In this document: positions 26,754-39,841 of the stretch, one piece after another
Position numbering within the stretch: position 1 is the stretch's first letter
Layout: every line of letters begins with the position of its first letter
DNA from: Eledone cirrhosa
Lineage: Eukaryota
DNA length: 64,000 bases
NCBI GenBank assembly: GCA_964016885.1
Contig: OZ024740.1
Location: 231,632,001-231,696,000 of the forward strand
Direction: 5' to 3'
Position numbers and translations under genes: made by a program
Notes under the pieces: generated by a model
Told to the model about the DNA's origin: nothing
The model's database searches: none
The model's input: only the letters and a program-made list of their open reading frames with translations

Positions 26754-26897
26754 CATCAAAGTCAACCTCATTAATCATGTCTCTAATTTCTTGTTCAGTC
26801 GGATTCTGACCCAGGGAACGCAGTACGGTCCCTAGTTCCTTAGCGGTAATCCTTCCGTCTTGATCTCGGTCAAACATGGTGAAAGCCTCCCGATATT
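26754..26897 (-). CDS. Internal coding exon of a calmodulin-like EF-hand protein (EF-hand 1 and start of EF-hand 2)
   Basis: Minus strand: polypyrimidine acceptor tattttttctttcatttttag, 144-nt phase 1-1 exon, donor gtatac. It translates to (E)[47 protein letters not shown](G), with the same length and phases as the conserved calmodulin exon [49 protein letters not shown]. 13 of 47 complete codons differ, so this is a CaM-like paralogue rather than canonical CaM. Confidence 0.93.
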
Positions 26898-27017
26898 CTA
26901 AAAATGAAAGAAAAAATAGAAAGTTAAGAAGAATGTAATTAAAATCAGCAAGATGGGTAGATGGATAACATCAATAGCTAACTAACCAGGTGTAGCTGGG
27001 GCCTGGCAGATATAGAG

Positions 27018-27085
<68 letters not shown>

Positions 27086-27139
27086 TATTAAAAAAAATAA
27101 TGAATAAACAAAGAAACAGTTCCTTATATTAAAAAAAAT

Positions 27140-27281
27140 TCATTATTTTACGATCGTTTCTAGGTTATATATGTGTTAGAATTGGTATGCATATTCTATA
27201 GATCTATGTACAATATTTATACAAACTATCAGAGGGAATATACATACCTTCACATATATATGCTGTCTTCAGAAATAATGA
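27140..27281 (-). ncRNA. Type I hammerhead ribozyme in the PLE pseudo-LTR
   Basis: cattattt-CTGAAGA-long stem II-GAAA-CGATCG-TA-aaataatg: 9-bp stem I, palindromic stem III, GUA cleavage triplet. Confidence 0.8.
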
Positions 27282-28055
27282 TACTTGTTTATTGATAAGA
27301 ACAAAGATTCAATACAATAGGTCTGTTTGGGAACAGGTTTTGAATTGACCAATCAGGAGATAGTGAGGGTCAAGATAGTGATACAGTATTAGAAGAACGT
27401 TAAATTATGGGTAGAGGAAGGTAGATTTCAGTTTTGGATGGAAAAGAGTATTATGAATGAAGGATTACTTTAGGGAAGAAGTAATGTCATATGTTGACCT
27501 CAGAAATAATTTTATTTGTTCATTGAATAAAACCAACAAAGATCCAATATAATAATGGATTACTTTAGGTAAGGAGTAGGTCATATGTTGACCTCAGAAA
27601 TAATTTTATTTTGTTAATTGAATTTAACCAACAAAAATCAAATAAATTCTGTCCGTTTGGTAAGAGGTTTAGATTTAACCAATAGAAAGTTAATAATTGG
27701 CCAAATGGTAAAATAGTAGTAATTGAAACTTATTTTATGGGTGAAACTAGGTCAGGTGGTCAGTAGAAGATGTTATAAAATAGTAATGCCAATACAAATA
27801 TCTAAGGTGACCAGAGTCTTAAGATAAGGATGTTAGTGAAAAAAATACATCTATGAAAAGGATATAAAATTAATTTAATTGATGGGTATATTTATATTGA
27901 TAAAACTATACTAATACATATAGATATGATAAATAAGAGTTAGATGCAGTTGAAAAGTGCTGTTAAGGATGCGGGGAGATTAAAAGAATATAAAAATGAT
28001 ATATATATATATATATATACATATATATACCTACATATATATACATACATACACA

Positions 28056-28146
<91 letters not shown>

Positions 28147-28730
28147 ACATACACACACAAACATATACCCATATATATATATATATATATATACGCATAT
28201 ACATATGTACATATACATACACACACACACACAGACATATTACATATATTTACCACTGCGATTCTGTGTTTTTTTCTCTCTCTCTCTTACTGCTCCCCCA
28301 GTCTCTCTGTTTCTCCCCCTCTGTCATGTCAGTTAACTCTTCCTCACACTTTCACTCACTCACTGTTTCTCTTCTCTTCATTTCATCCTGTACACCACGA
28401 AGGCTATTTTTCTCTCTTCTCACATGGCCAGAGTTCGTGTCAGGTCTGTTTTCTAAAAGCTCATATATTCACCTAGCTTATGCTAAACAGAATAATTTTG
28501 AAGCTTGTTTCTTTCCCCTACGGTTAGCTATACTCTGTGTTGTTCTCCTGTCTCACTCGCTTTACGCGTTTCAATTGTCCTAATAACTTAGTTTGGTTAT
28601 TATTGCACCGACGTGAGGTATATGATTTTTAATGCAATGAAATATCGATGATCGTCGGCAAATCACTGATGAGGGACTCATTTTATTACATGTTATCCAT
28701 GTGCTACCTGCAGTATTTTTCTCTATATTT

Positions 28731-28787
<57 letters not shown>

Positions 28788-28790
28788 TAT

Positions 28791-28844
<54 letters not shown>

Positions 28845-31498
28845 TTTTACACTCACATACATACACACATACATACATACACACTTATATACACACACAT
28901 CCACACTTACATATACATATAATTATTGGGGGGGGGGGATTAAATTTATTAGTGGGAAATAGTAATTATATATAGGTTTCAAGGAACATAGAAACATAAC
29001 CTGAAGTTAAAGCATTATATATGTTTACTTAATGGTATCAGTTTTAGGAAATGATATTTGTAAGAAGGAAAGCCAAACTATGTAGTTCATCATTAGTAGA
29101 ATATTAATTATAGGTTAACTAAAATAAAAAATAAAAATAGTTTATATATTAATTTCTAAGGTGTATAATAATTAGGTTTATAATATTTAAGGCAGAATTA
29201 TGTAGTTCATCAGTAGTAGAATATTAATTATAGGTTAACTAAATTAAAAGTAATTACATATGTTTACTTAATGGTATCAGTTTTAGGAAATGATATTTGT
29301 AAGAAGGAAAGCCAAATTATGTAGTTCATCAGTAGTAGAATATTAATTATAGGTTAACTAAATTAAAAATAGTTTATATATTAATTTCTAAAGTGTATAT
29401 TAATTAGGTTTATAGTATTTAAAGCAGAATTTTGTAATTCATCTGTAGTAGAATATTAATTATAGGTTAACTAAATTAAAATTAATTTATATATTAATTT
29501 CTAAAGTGTATATTAATTAGGTTTATCATATTTAAATGTTTTTCTCAGTTTATGATTACACGATATTATTAATTCCTGTCGCTTATTTAATAGGATATCC
29601 TTAGATTTCATTATTTCGAAAAGTTCTTGGGAACACAATCTCCATTCATTTCTACTATTTTGATAAGGGGTGGCCCTTTTGAGCACACTCCAGGTCAGGT
29701 CATATTCTATATTCTCCTTTCTATAACTATTAATTTTTTTCAGCTAGAGATGTTGTATTAGCTAGTGCGGCATTTTAAAAACTATGTTTGTGGGTATTAA
29801 ATCTTACCTTAAAATTGTTAGAGGTAGCTCCTATATATGAATAAATAGAGTCCTTAGTGTTAACTCTACATTTATATATTATGTTATTAACAAGGCAATT
29901 TCCTTTTAATGGACAGTTTGCCTTGTTTCTACAGTTACAGCTTTTCGTGAATCCTGTATCTGAGGAGATCTAATGGCTAGTTTGATGTACTGGTGGTATA
30001 CTTATGGTTTTTTTACATTTATATGCATTATAGGGACTTATATTTTGTTTTATGTTTTTGGTTGTTGAGTAGGAGAATTTAACTGTTGATCTATTTAAGA
30101 TTTGATGGTATTTGTGGTTTGGCGGGAAGTTTTTCTCTAGGATATTAAAGAATTTTTTAGGTATATTATCCTTAACTTGTAAATTAAATGGAGCATTATA
30201 CCAAGTAACTCGTCTATTACGGTTTCTATGTTGTTTATTGTTTTTATAGGATGCATCCTGATGTTTACTAGGAGAATTATTGTTAATGACTTCACCACAC
30301 ACATTTTTAGTTAGATTTATTGATTTAGGTGTTTTAGCTTGTTTATTAGGAGTTTTATTATTAACATTTATTAGAGTTGTAGGATGAGTAGTTTTTTGAG
30401 AGTTACTATACTGTATATTAGAGGAGTTAGAGAAATTTGGTTTTATGTTGGTATTTTGGGGTATAGTGTGAGTGGCATTTAGGTGTGTACGTTTCATTTG
30501 GTGTTTGTTGGTAATATTAGGTTGTATGTTTGTAGTATTATTGGTAGAAGGTATATATACTAATCTATTTTTGTGGCCACTTCTAGCTAGAGCTTCGTTA
30601 TAAAAGGTCGCATTTTTATCAAATACATCTTGGTTAGACGAAAGGTTAGAAATTTCTATTGGTTAATTCTAAACCTCGCATTTTTATCAAATACATCTTG
30701 GTTAGACGAAAGGTTAGAAATTTCTATTGGTTAATTCTAAACCTCTTACCAAACAGACAGAATTTATTTGATCTTTGTTGGTTAAATTCAATTAACAAAA
30801 TAAAATTATTTCTGAGGTCAACATATGACCTACTCCTTCCCTAAAGTAATCCATTATTATATTGGATCTTTGTTGGTTTTATTCAATGAACAAATAAAAT
30901 TATTTCTGAGGTCAACATATGACCTACTTCTTCGCTAAAGTAATCCTTTATTCATAATACTCTTTTCCATCCAAAACTGAAATCTACCTTCCTCTACCCA
31001 TAATTTAACGTTCTTCTAATACTGTATCACTATCTTGACCCTCACTATCTCCTGATTGGTCAATTCAAAACCTGTTCCCAAACAGACCTATTGTATTGAA
31101 TCTTTGTTCTTATCAATAAACAAATTGGCAGTATCGGTAGAGGGTCGGACGCCATGCTTTCCAGCATAGTTACGTCCCTTTACGATCTGAGTTCAAATCC
31201 CGCCGAGGTTGACTTTGCCTTTCATCCTTGCGGGGTCGATAAAATAAAGTACCAGTAATGCACTGGATAATTGCTGGCCTTGTGCCTAAAGTAGAAACAA
31301 TTATTTCTGAAGACAGCGGTGGATTGGCAGTATCGGTAGAGGGTCGGACGCCATGCTTTCCAGCATAGTTACGTCCCTTTACGATCTGAGTTCAAATCCC
31401 GCCGAGGTTGACTTTGCCTTTCATCCTTACGGGGTCGATAAAATATAGTACCAGTAATGCACTGGGTAATTGCTGGCCTTGTGCCTAAAGTAGAAACA

Positions 31499-31636
31499 AT
31501 TATTTCTGAAGACAGCATATATATGTGAAGGTATGTATATTCCCTCTGATAGTTTGTATAAATATTGTACATAGATCTATAGAATATGCATACCAATTCT
31601 AACACATATATATCCTAGAAACGATCGTAAAATAAT
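31499..31636 (+). ncRNA. Type I hammerhead ribozyme (mirror copy)
   Basis: CTGAAGA 31506-31512, GAAA 31618-31621, then CGATCG, TA and aaataat. Confidence 0.78.
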
Positions 31637-31826
31637 GAATTTTTTTTAATATAAGGAACTGTTTCTTTGTTTATTCATTATTTTTTTAATAATTTATCTT
31701 GACTCTGTTTTCCGTTTATTTTTCACCGAAAGTAGTTTTTGAATGCATCTTCTCTTTTCATGATATCCGGATTACATTGAGTTCTTCATACGGATTGGAC
31801 ACTACCGTAAACTTTTGGTAGATTTA

Positions 31827-31908
<82 letters not shown>

Positions 31909-32171
31909 AAGGATCGATCGACTTTCGTCAAATCGGACCGAGGAAACAATGTTTTTGTCTCGGTCTTTCCAGTTGGTAATACTATCTATGGGTTGCAACT
32001 CCAGGTAGAAGGGGCAACCTGAAATAAAGTGTCTTGCTGAAGGACATAACGCATCGCGCGGTCCAGGAATCGAACTCACAAACTCAAGATTGTGAATCTA
32101 ATTCTTTAACCACTCAGCCACACGCCTTCACATATATATATATATATGTACATGTGTATACATGTGTATAC

Positions 32172-32242
<71 letters not shown>

Positions 32243-32265
32243 TATATACATATATATATATACAC

Positions 32266-32382
<117 letters not shown>

Positions 32383-32390
32383 TATATATA

Positions 32391-32511
<121 letters not shown>

Positions 32512-32600
32512 TAACGGCGATGAAACCAACCAAACAGTGAGTGTGTTCTGTTATTAATTATGGCAATATTACACAAATATGACCCTCCCCAAGTATAACA

Positions 32601-32682
<82 letters not shown>

Positions 32683-32685
<3 letters not shown>

Positions 32686-33004
32686 TATAAGTTCGAAGAA
32701 TAGTCAGACATAATTTGTCCAATTTTTCTTCTTAATCCGTAGAAATTAACTAGATAAATAATCATTTAAACGGAATTAAGTTTAACTTTGAAGAAATAAC
32801 AGATAAATGTTATCGATATTCCTTTGAGGAACAGTCAGATAAAATTTACCTAATCTTTCCTCTTAGTCCGTAGAAATTAACTAGACAAATAATCAATTAA
32901 ACGGAGCTAAATCTAAAATGTAAGTTTGAAAAAAATAAAAATAGACAAACGTTACCAAAAGTTTATCTATTTTTTGTCTGACTATTCTTCAAACTTATCA
33001 TTTT
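32683..33004. mobile_element. TA-flanked element with about 28-bp inverted termini and an internal ~130-bp duplication
   Basis: ataagttcgaagaatagtcagaca / tgtctgactattcttcaaacttat; tccgtagaaattaactaga occurs twice. Confidence 0.65.
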
Positions 33005-33314
33005 ATATAGCTCTGATTGACAATTATTGGCAGTATCGGTAGAGAGTCGGACGCCATGTTTTGACGTATAGAGTTACGGCCCTTGCCATTCTGAGTTCAA
33101 ATCCCGTCAAGGTTAACTTTGCCTTTCATCCTTACGGGGTCGATAAAATAAAGTACCAGTAATGCACACAGTAAAATACTGGCCTTGCGCCAAACGTAGA
33201 AATAATTATTTGTTTAATTCATTCACTCATCGAGCCACACCGTTGGAGGTAGCCAACACTCATATATGTATCTGTGATTATGTTTAAAAATATATATGTC
33301 CTCTATGACTTGTG

Positions 33315-33358
<44 letters not shown>

Positions 33359-33641
33359 GTGAGTTATTTTACAAAATGAAAAAAAACGAGGTGTCCTACA
33401 CGAGTGAAAGTATAAGGAAAAAAGATGAAATCGAAAATGCAACTGGAGTCTTTTTTTATTAAATATATTTATTTGGTTCCTTTACAGGTTTCGCATTTCT
33501 TGTGTTTTTCAAAAGTAGAATTGAGATGGAGGGTTTGTGGTTTTGCAATGAAATATCTATGATCGTCGGCAAATCACTGATGAGGGACTCATTTTATTAC
33601 ATGTTATCCATGCGCTACCTGCAGTATTTTTCTCCATATTT

Positions 33642-33706
<65 letters not shown>

Positions 33707-34207
33707 GCAATATGAAGTATGGGAAAAATTAAAGATTTCAAAGGTCCTAACGCAAATGTAATGATTAATCATTATAAATAGTAAATAATAATTGAGAATA
33801 TCAGAAAAAGTACCTCTGCAGATGGAAAAACTGGACAGACGCGTATGCGAGAAAACCCACATCATTTTACATATCTAACCATTGGCTTAAAATCTTCTGA
33901 AAGAAGACAGATTTGCTAGCCAGCAGCTCTTTAGTGTAAAGGGTAACAAACTTATCCACCATCCGAGAGATGCGTATTTCGATTCGTCGTAGGCGCCTCT
34001 AACCACTTTTTGTTATTTCCACAGTACTTTGCCTGATTTTTTCAACTATTATTATGGTAATTTGCATTGGGACGCAAACATTTAATATATATTTATATAA
34101 ATAAATATATATGCATATTGCTATTATCATAAACAGCAGCTTTTCGTGTCTCTTTCAAATGTTGCCATTTTTACGCAATTTCTACATACTTTGTGTTATT
34201 CCTGAAA

Positions 34208-34420
34208 TCATCCAAGCAACAAGGTGAATCCATTCATAGCCAAACATGCACGTAAATCATTATGTGAACAATTCCAGTCATGAGAACGAGATTTTACATC
34301 CAATTTCCCACTGGTTTCTCTGGTTACGCTCAATCCAGTTTGAAGTCGGTTAAACCATTTCCAATCGCCCCATGGGTAGTCTGAGCCTTTCACAAATGTT
34401 TTACTCGGTCCAGCTTCATA
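34208..34420 (-). mobile_element. Degenerate non-LTR retrotransposon C-terminal fragment
   Basis: GSDYPWGDWKWFNRLQTG resembles the W..LNRLRTG motif that precedes the LINE CCHC knuckle. Confidence 0.5.
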
Positions 34421-35106
34421 CCTAGTACTGGTAGAATATATAACTGACTATCCTTCCGTTACATTATGCGAGTAGATTCTTTGGAAACATCTAGAAAACG
34501 AATGGATATCATGGAACCTGTTTATGTTTTTAGTCTTGTTCGTATTTGTTGATACCAATGGGTGTCTTTCATGTGTTTGCTTTTCAGCTCATCAAAATGT
34601 ATATAGATAGGGAAGTAGGTGGAAAGATAGATATTTGGATAGATAAATAGAGAAATAAGTTGCCGTTGACACAAGGATATTACAAAAATATATATTCAAG
34701 CACATATGTAAACATATCCAATCAGCTAATTGTTTGACGGAAAGTAATAGCAAAAACATAAAATTTAACTAATTTTGGAGATTGGCTGAATCGGTTGACC
34801 ATACGACAAACTACATTGGAATGTCTAGTTCCGTCCTTTATGTTCTGTTTTTCCTTTTTCCAGAGTCGATAAAATAATTGCTTCTGCTTTTGACACATGG
34901 ACAGCAATTTGAAAGGAACGAGAAAGTCGGTTAAATCAACCCCAACGCGTTACAGGTAATTTATTTTTATCGACCCCGAAAAGATGAAAGGCAAAGCTAA
35001 CCTCGGTAGGACTTGAACTCAGAATGTAAAGGGCTGCAATTATATGCCACAAAGCATATATCCGACGCTCTACTGATACTGTTAATCCACCGCCATCAGA
35101 GCCGAT

Positions 35107-35326
35107 AAAATAAGAAAAAGTACTGGGAAATATTCGACTCAAAACCTTTGAATACGATTGCTCTGCAAGATTTAAACCATAAAATAACAAGAAAAAGTAC
35201 TGGGAAATATTCTACTCAAAACCTTTGAATACGATTGCTCTGCAAGATTTAAACCATAAAATAACAAGAAAAAGTACTGGGAAATATTCTACTCAAAACC
35301 TTTGAATACGATTCCTCTGCAAGATT
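35107..35326. repeat. 77-bp tandem repeat, about 2.9 copies
   Basis: gaaaaagtactgggaaatattc at 35114, 35191 and 35268. Confidence 0.9.
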
Positions 35327-35902
35327 CTAGTCCAATGATTTAAACCAGTTAAAATGTAGAATAACTGTATTCATGAAAATAGGAAACAACGAAAAACAAA
35401 CAAACAGACAATAGATTTACAGAATTTTATAGTTTTAAACATAAAATACTGAGGAGAAACCTTTAGCAGTATAATGTTTAAAGAAATTCAAGGAAAATTC
35501 GCTATATAGGTATATACATATATATATACATATATAAATTGTATGTGGTTGAGAGCTAACATAATGAACCAATCTATCCAAGCTCGTTGTCAGTATTTTG
35601 TTCTCGGGTGGGATTCAGAACATTCTGGACAGGCGCTCTAATTCGCAATAACTCTAAGGTGGTGTTTCGGAATAAACATATCGCTGTAATGTTTTCTAAA
35701 TCCGAAGGTGCACCATCGATATGTGCGTGTTTGCACTTTGGTTGCTCCGTACCCACACATCTTGGCGACGGGCTCGAATTTACCAATATTTAACACATGG
35801 AAAACGAAAAAGAATTAGACAGACAATGGCTGTCAAGAATTTTCTTGTTTTGTTTTAAAACATAAAATACAGATAAGAAATGTTTAGTAGTTTGATATTT
35901 TT

Positions 35903-36165
35903 ATGTGTTCATGTTTGATGTGTTTGATGTGTTCATGCGATGTTTGATTTGTTTGATGTGTTTGGTGTGTTTGAAGTGCTTGATGTGTTCATGCATGATG
36001 TGTTTGATGCGTTCATGTTTGTGGTGTTTGATGTGTTCAAGTTTGATGTGTTTGATGTGTTTATGTATTTGATGTGTTCATGTTTGAAGTATTTGACGTG
36101 TTTGATGTGCTCACGTTTGATGTGTTTGATGTACTCACGTTTGATGTGTTTGATGTGTTCCTGTT
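35903..36165. repeat. Degenerate 9-mer minisatellite (GTTTGATGT)n with GTTCAT variants
   Basis: Direct reading; it produces the spurious FDVFDV and NTSNTS ORFs. Confidence 0.9.
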
Positions 36166-36307
36166 TGCAGTGGTGCCACAAACGACTAATGCGTTGTTCT
36201 GTTTAAACCATCGTTATTTACTGTATGTGGTCTTTGACGTATGGTGCCAGGGCAGCAAGTCACTTTCTTAAAAGCTGCTCTCATTATCGCTAGCCTTTTT
36301 CTTACAG

Positions 36308-36377
36308 AGCTTGTCCATCTCGCTATATTCAGCTAATCCGTACATCTCCTTCGTAGAATCATTTTATTGTATCTAAG
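36308..36377 (+). other. Candidate 70-nt non-coding exon, antisense to the CaM-like gene
   Basis: Acceptor gcctttttcttacag and donor aag|gtaaga; stops in all three frames. Confidence 0.25.
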
Positions 36378-36464
36378 GTAAGAATATTAATCGGATTTCC
36401 TTCAGCTATCTACCTACCTATCTACCTATATAACTATCGATCTATCTATCTATAGTTACCTACA

Positions 36465-37657
36465 GTATTGGTAGAGGGTCGGACGCCATGCTTTCCACCA
36501 TAGTTACGTCCCTTTACGATCTGAGTTCAAATCCCGCCGAGGTTGACTTTGCTTTTCATCCTTACGGGGTTGATAAAATAAAGTACCAGTAATGTACTGG
36601 GTAATTGTTGGCTTTGTGCCAAAAGTAGAAACAATTATTATTATTCTTTTTAAGGGCGGTAGATTAGCAGTATCGGTAGAGCGTCAGACACCATGCTTTG
36701 CAGCATAGAGTTATGGTCCTTTATGTTCTGAGTTCAAATCCTGCCGAGGTTAACTTTGCCTTTCATTCTTACGAGGGCGATAAAATAAAGTACCAGTCAC
36801 GCACTGGGGTTGATTTAATCGACTTTCTCCTCCCCCAAAATTGCTGGCCTTGTGCCTATATAAGAAACCATTATTATTTTTAAGGGCAGTGTATTGGCAG
36901 TATCGGTGGAGCGTCAGATACCTTGCTTTGCAGCATATAGTTATGGCCCTTTACGTTCTGAGTTCAAATCCCGCCGAGGTTAACTTTGCCTTTCATTCTT
37001 ACGGGGTAGATAAAATAAAACACCAGTAATGCATTAGGGGTAATTGCTGGCCTTGTGCCAAAAGTAGAAACAATTATTTTTTTATAACCACTATTATACG
37101 ATATCTATGCCCTACAGCTAAGCTTATACCGTTTGAAAAATAAAACACTCGTGGTTTTTGTTGCTCCCGATTGATCGATCACACTCATTTTGTAACTGAA
37201 AACACAGCGCTCCCTATTAATCTTTCGAACGGAATATTTAAAGAAGACAGTTTTTCTCTGGTTTTATATATAGTTTGGAACTATAGCCACCCTCCTTGCC
37301 AAAAATAAAAAATAACGTGGTAAACCAAGAATATTTTTTTACTAATTCTAGTAAGAAAAATGACAAGAGGAGACAACCCTCAGTTGTATTTAATTATGAT
37401 TTATTATATATTGAATACATTAGGGGTTTATCTACTCCGTAAGAATGAAAGGCAAAGTTAACCTCGGGCGCGGTGAATTGGCAGTATCGGTAGAGGGTTG
37501 GACGCCATGCTTTCTAGCATAGTTACGTCCCTTTACGATCTGAGTTCAAATCCCGGCGAGGTTGACTTTGCCTTTCATCCTCACGAGGTCGATAAAATAA
37601 AGTACCAGTAATGCACTGGGTAATTGCTGGCCTTGTGCCTAAAGTAGAAACAATTAT
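36465..37657 (+). mobile_element. SINE family A cluster (about 4 copies); other copies at 25520-25845, 31124-31503, 33025-33210, 34900-35095 (-), 38990-39195 (-) and 39568-39752
   Basis: Same consensus as above; head-to-tail tandem copies. Confidence 0.9.
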
Positions 37658-38199
37658 ATATTGAATACAATGGTGAGTGTGTTGATCACCGGACATGTTA
37701 TGTTCTTATTGTCTTTCTCTGAGAACTATAGTATAACGGTTACTGTAGGTATTAGAATGACTTTAAAAGTATACAGGGTTTTATGAATGGCAGAAAAATA
37801 ACCAAGGATCTCTGTTGTATGGACATTTAATAAGAAATGAATACCATCATACTTGGTATAGTAAGCCAAGAAATTTTAATTGCTCAACATTTTTGATGAG
37901 AACAATTATTTTTAAATGACTGATTATGATATAAAAAGGGGGCAGGGTGAGACAACCCCAATACTTAATACAATTCTAACATCTTGAAATTCTGAGTAAA
38001 TTCAGTATTTTAAACTGAAACAAGTTATGGGTGAATTATTTATACTTAATAGTTGGACATGGCAAAATCACTTTCCAAATGACAAACATATATATCAGTT
38101 GTCTCTCTCTATCACTCCGGTTCTACACAAAAGCAGCTACAAATAATACAATATCGTCGAAAATGAAACGTAAAAGTATAAAGAAAAAAGATGGTGACC

Positions 38200-38700
38200 A
38201 AATAATATTATACCAGGCTTTTAACAAATGTAGCGGCCGAAACAAAATGATAATATCCTGCTATGAATTTGCAATATTAGCATAGGTGTCAACCTGTGGT
38301 GTATTGCTGGGGTGGTGTTGGGGTGCAGCTGCACCCACAACAAAATTGTTCTTAGAAAATGTAGTCATTTTTGTCGGAATATTATGAACGTCTACACCCC
38401 AAAAATGATAAGGGCTATACGCTTATGGTGTCGGCATTTCGGATACACCACTGGACAGCAGAGGAAATTCATTCTATTGATACTAACACCTGCAAGATCT
38501 TGACATCAACTGGAAGCTACCACGGAAAAGATTATATCGACAGGCTCTGTCTCAGAAGAAACAAAGGAAGAAATTTTATATAAAGCCTGAAAACGTTTGA
38601 GTATAGTATAGTGTCACCCAGACACTACCTGTTAAAAGCAAAAGCATAAACAAATACCTCTACCAAGTGTTCGAAATTTATGAGGGCAGCATCATACGAG
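38200..38700 (+). mobile_element. Degenerate Dong/R4 RT-thumb fragment with a nested small TIR element (about 38281-38428)
   Basis: HWTAEEIHSIDTNTCKILTSTGSYHGKDYIDRLCLRRNKGR matches the R4/Dong WT..E...ID..TRK.L....H...D..RLY..R..GGRG pattern. The insert is bounded by cataggtgt...tacgcttatg. Confidence 0.65.
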
Positions 38701-39841
38701 TCAGGAGTAGCGACCTATCTAAGAATCACTCAATTCTCGATGAAGTTCTATGCATAAAATTCTGCTGAACCAATATACCCCACCAAAAGATCGGAAAGAT
38801 AAGTTACCCTAAAATGTCGCATGTATAATGTATTCCTATGTAGCGTAAGGTTGGTGCTTAAACAATATACAATGCTACTCACGGAATTAACTGTTTCAGA
38901 GCAAATATATAAATCTAACATTCCAATCAAAACTTCCACTAACCGCAAATACAACAAACTCGATGTAGATGTTTAGGAGAGAAATAAGGATTTCTACTAT
39001 AGGCACAAGGCCAGACATTTATTGGGGGGAGGGGGGAGCGTCGATTAAATCGACGGTGCTTTATTTTATCGACGCCGTAAGGATGAAGGACAAAGTTAAC
39101 TTCGGCGGGATTTGAGCTGAGACCGTAAAGGACCGTAACTCTATGCTGCAAAGCATGGTGTCCGACTCTCTACCGATACTGCCAATCCACCGCCCGGTTT
39201 AGGACAGATATAATAACCAACGTACTGATTTGACAGTCGGCTGCTCAACGAATAGAGGAACCGGTGATTGAAAGAGGGGTTTAATCTAAAGAATACACAA
39301 GACAGGAACAGATACCACAAAACCTTCTACCCGGCTCCTTAACAATTCTAGCCAATCCACAACTTATGGACTGGTATTATATTTATCGATCCCAAAAGAT
39401 GAAACATACAACCGACATTGGCTGGACTTAAACGCAGAGTTCAGGAAGTCGGAACAAATGCAAAGTATTTAATCGAACGGTCTAGATGTTCTCACAGCAC
39501 ATCTATCCAGATTATTATGTATACATAAGTACCCTTAATAATTAGCGCATTTGTATATAATATCCTTGTTGGTAGTATCGGTAGAGGGTCGGACGCCATG
39601 CTTTGAAGCATAGAGTTACCTCCCTGTATGATCTGAGTTCAAATCCCGCCGAGGTTAACTTTGCCTTTCATTCTTACGGGGTCGATAAAATAAAGTACCA
39701 GTAATGCACTGGGTAATTGCTGGCCTTGTGCCAAAAGTAGAAACAATTATTATATTGACCGAATTAATAAATTAGCAAGTTTTTAATTCTTGCATTCCGG
39801 TTTCAACTCTATCTCGGTCAAAATTATATATATATATATAC

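Larger units (their letters stand above)
27083..31828 (-). mobile_element. 5'-truncated Penelope-like element (Naiad/Neptune-type GIY-YIG) with inverted pseudo-LTRs, embedded in (TA)n
   Basis: Minus-strand relic ORF about 29515-30730: RISNLSSNQDVFD, RRVTWYNAPFN...FPPNHKYHQILNRSTVKFSYST, CNCRNKANCPLKGNC, IIYKC...YIGATSNNFKVRF..H, LLNKRQELIISCNHK, with stops and a frameshift. 27083-27690 is repeated inverted at 30718-31697 (interrupted by SINEs). Confidence 0.88.

Noticed and set aside
29140-29335. CTGATGA motifs (minus) in the ~120-bp tandem units of the PLE 3' UTR, one followed by GAAA-TTAA-TA
   Set aside because: Stem II does not pair convincingly, and other units lack the core or GAAA. Possibly decayed, so not counted.
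29515-30000. Possible selenocysteine recoding, as reported for some Naiad-clade PLEs
   Set aside because: The in-frame stops here are TAG and TAA, not TGA at cysteine positions, and there is also a frameshift.
35107-35326. Regularly spaced repeats resembling a CRISPR array
   Set aside because: The whole 77-bp unit repeats with no unique spacers, there are no cas genes, and the context is eukaryotic.
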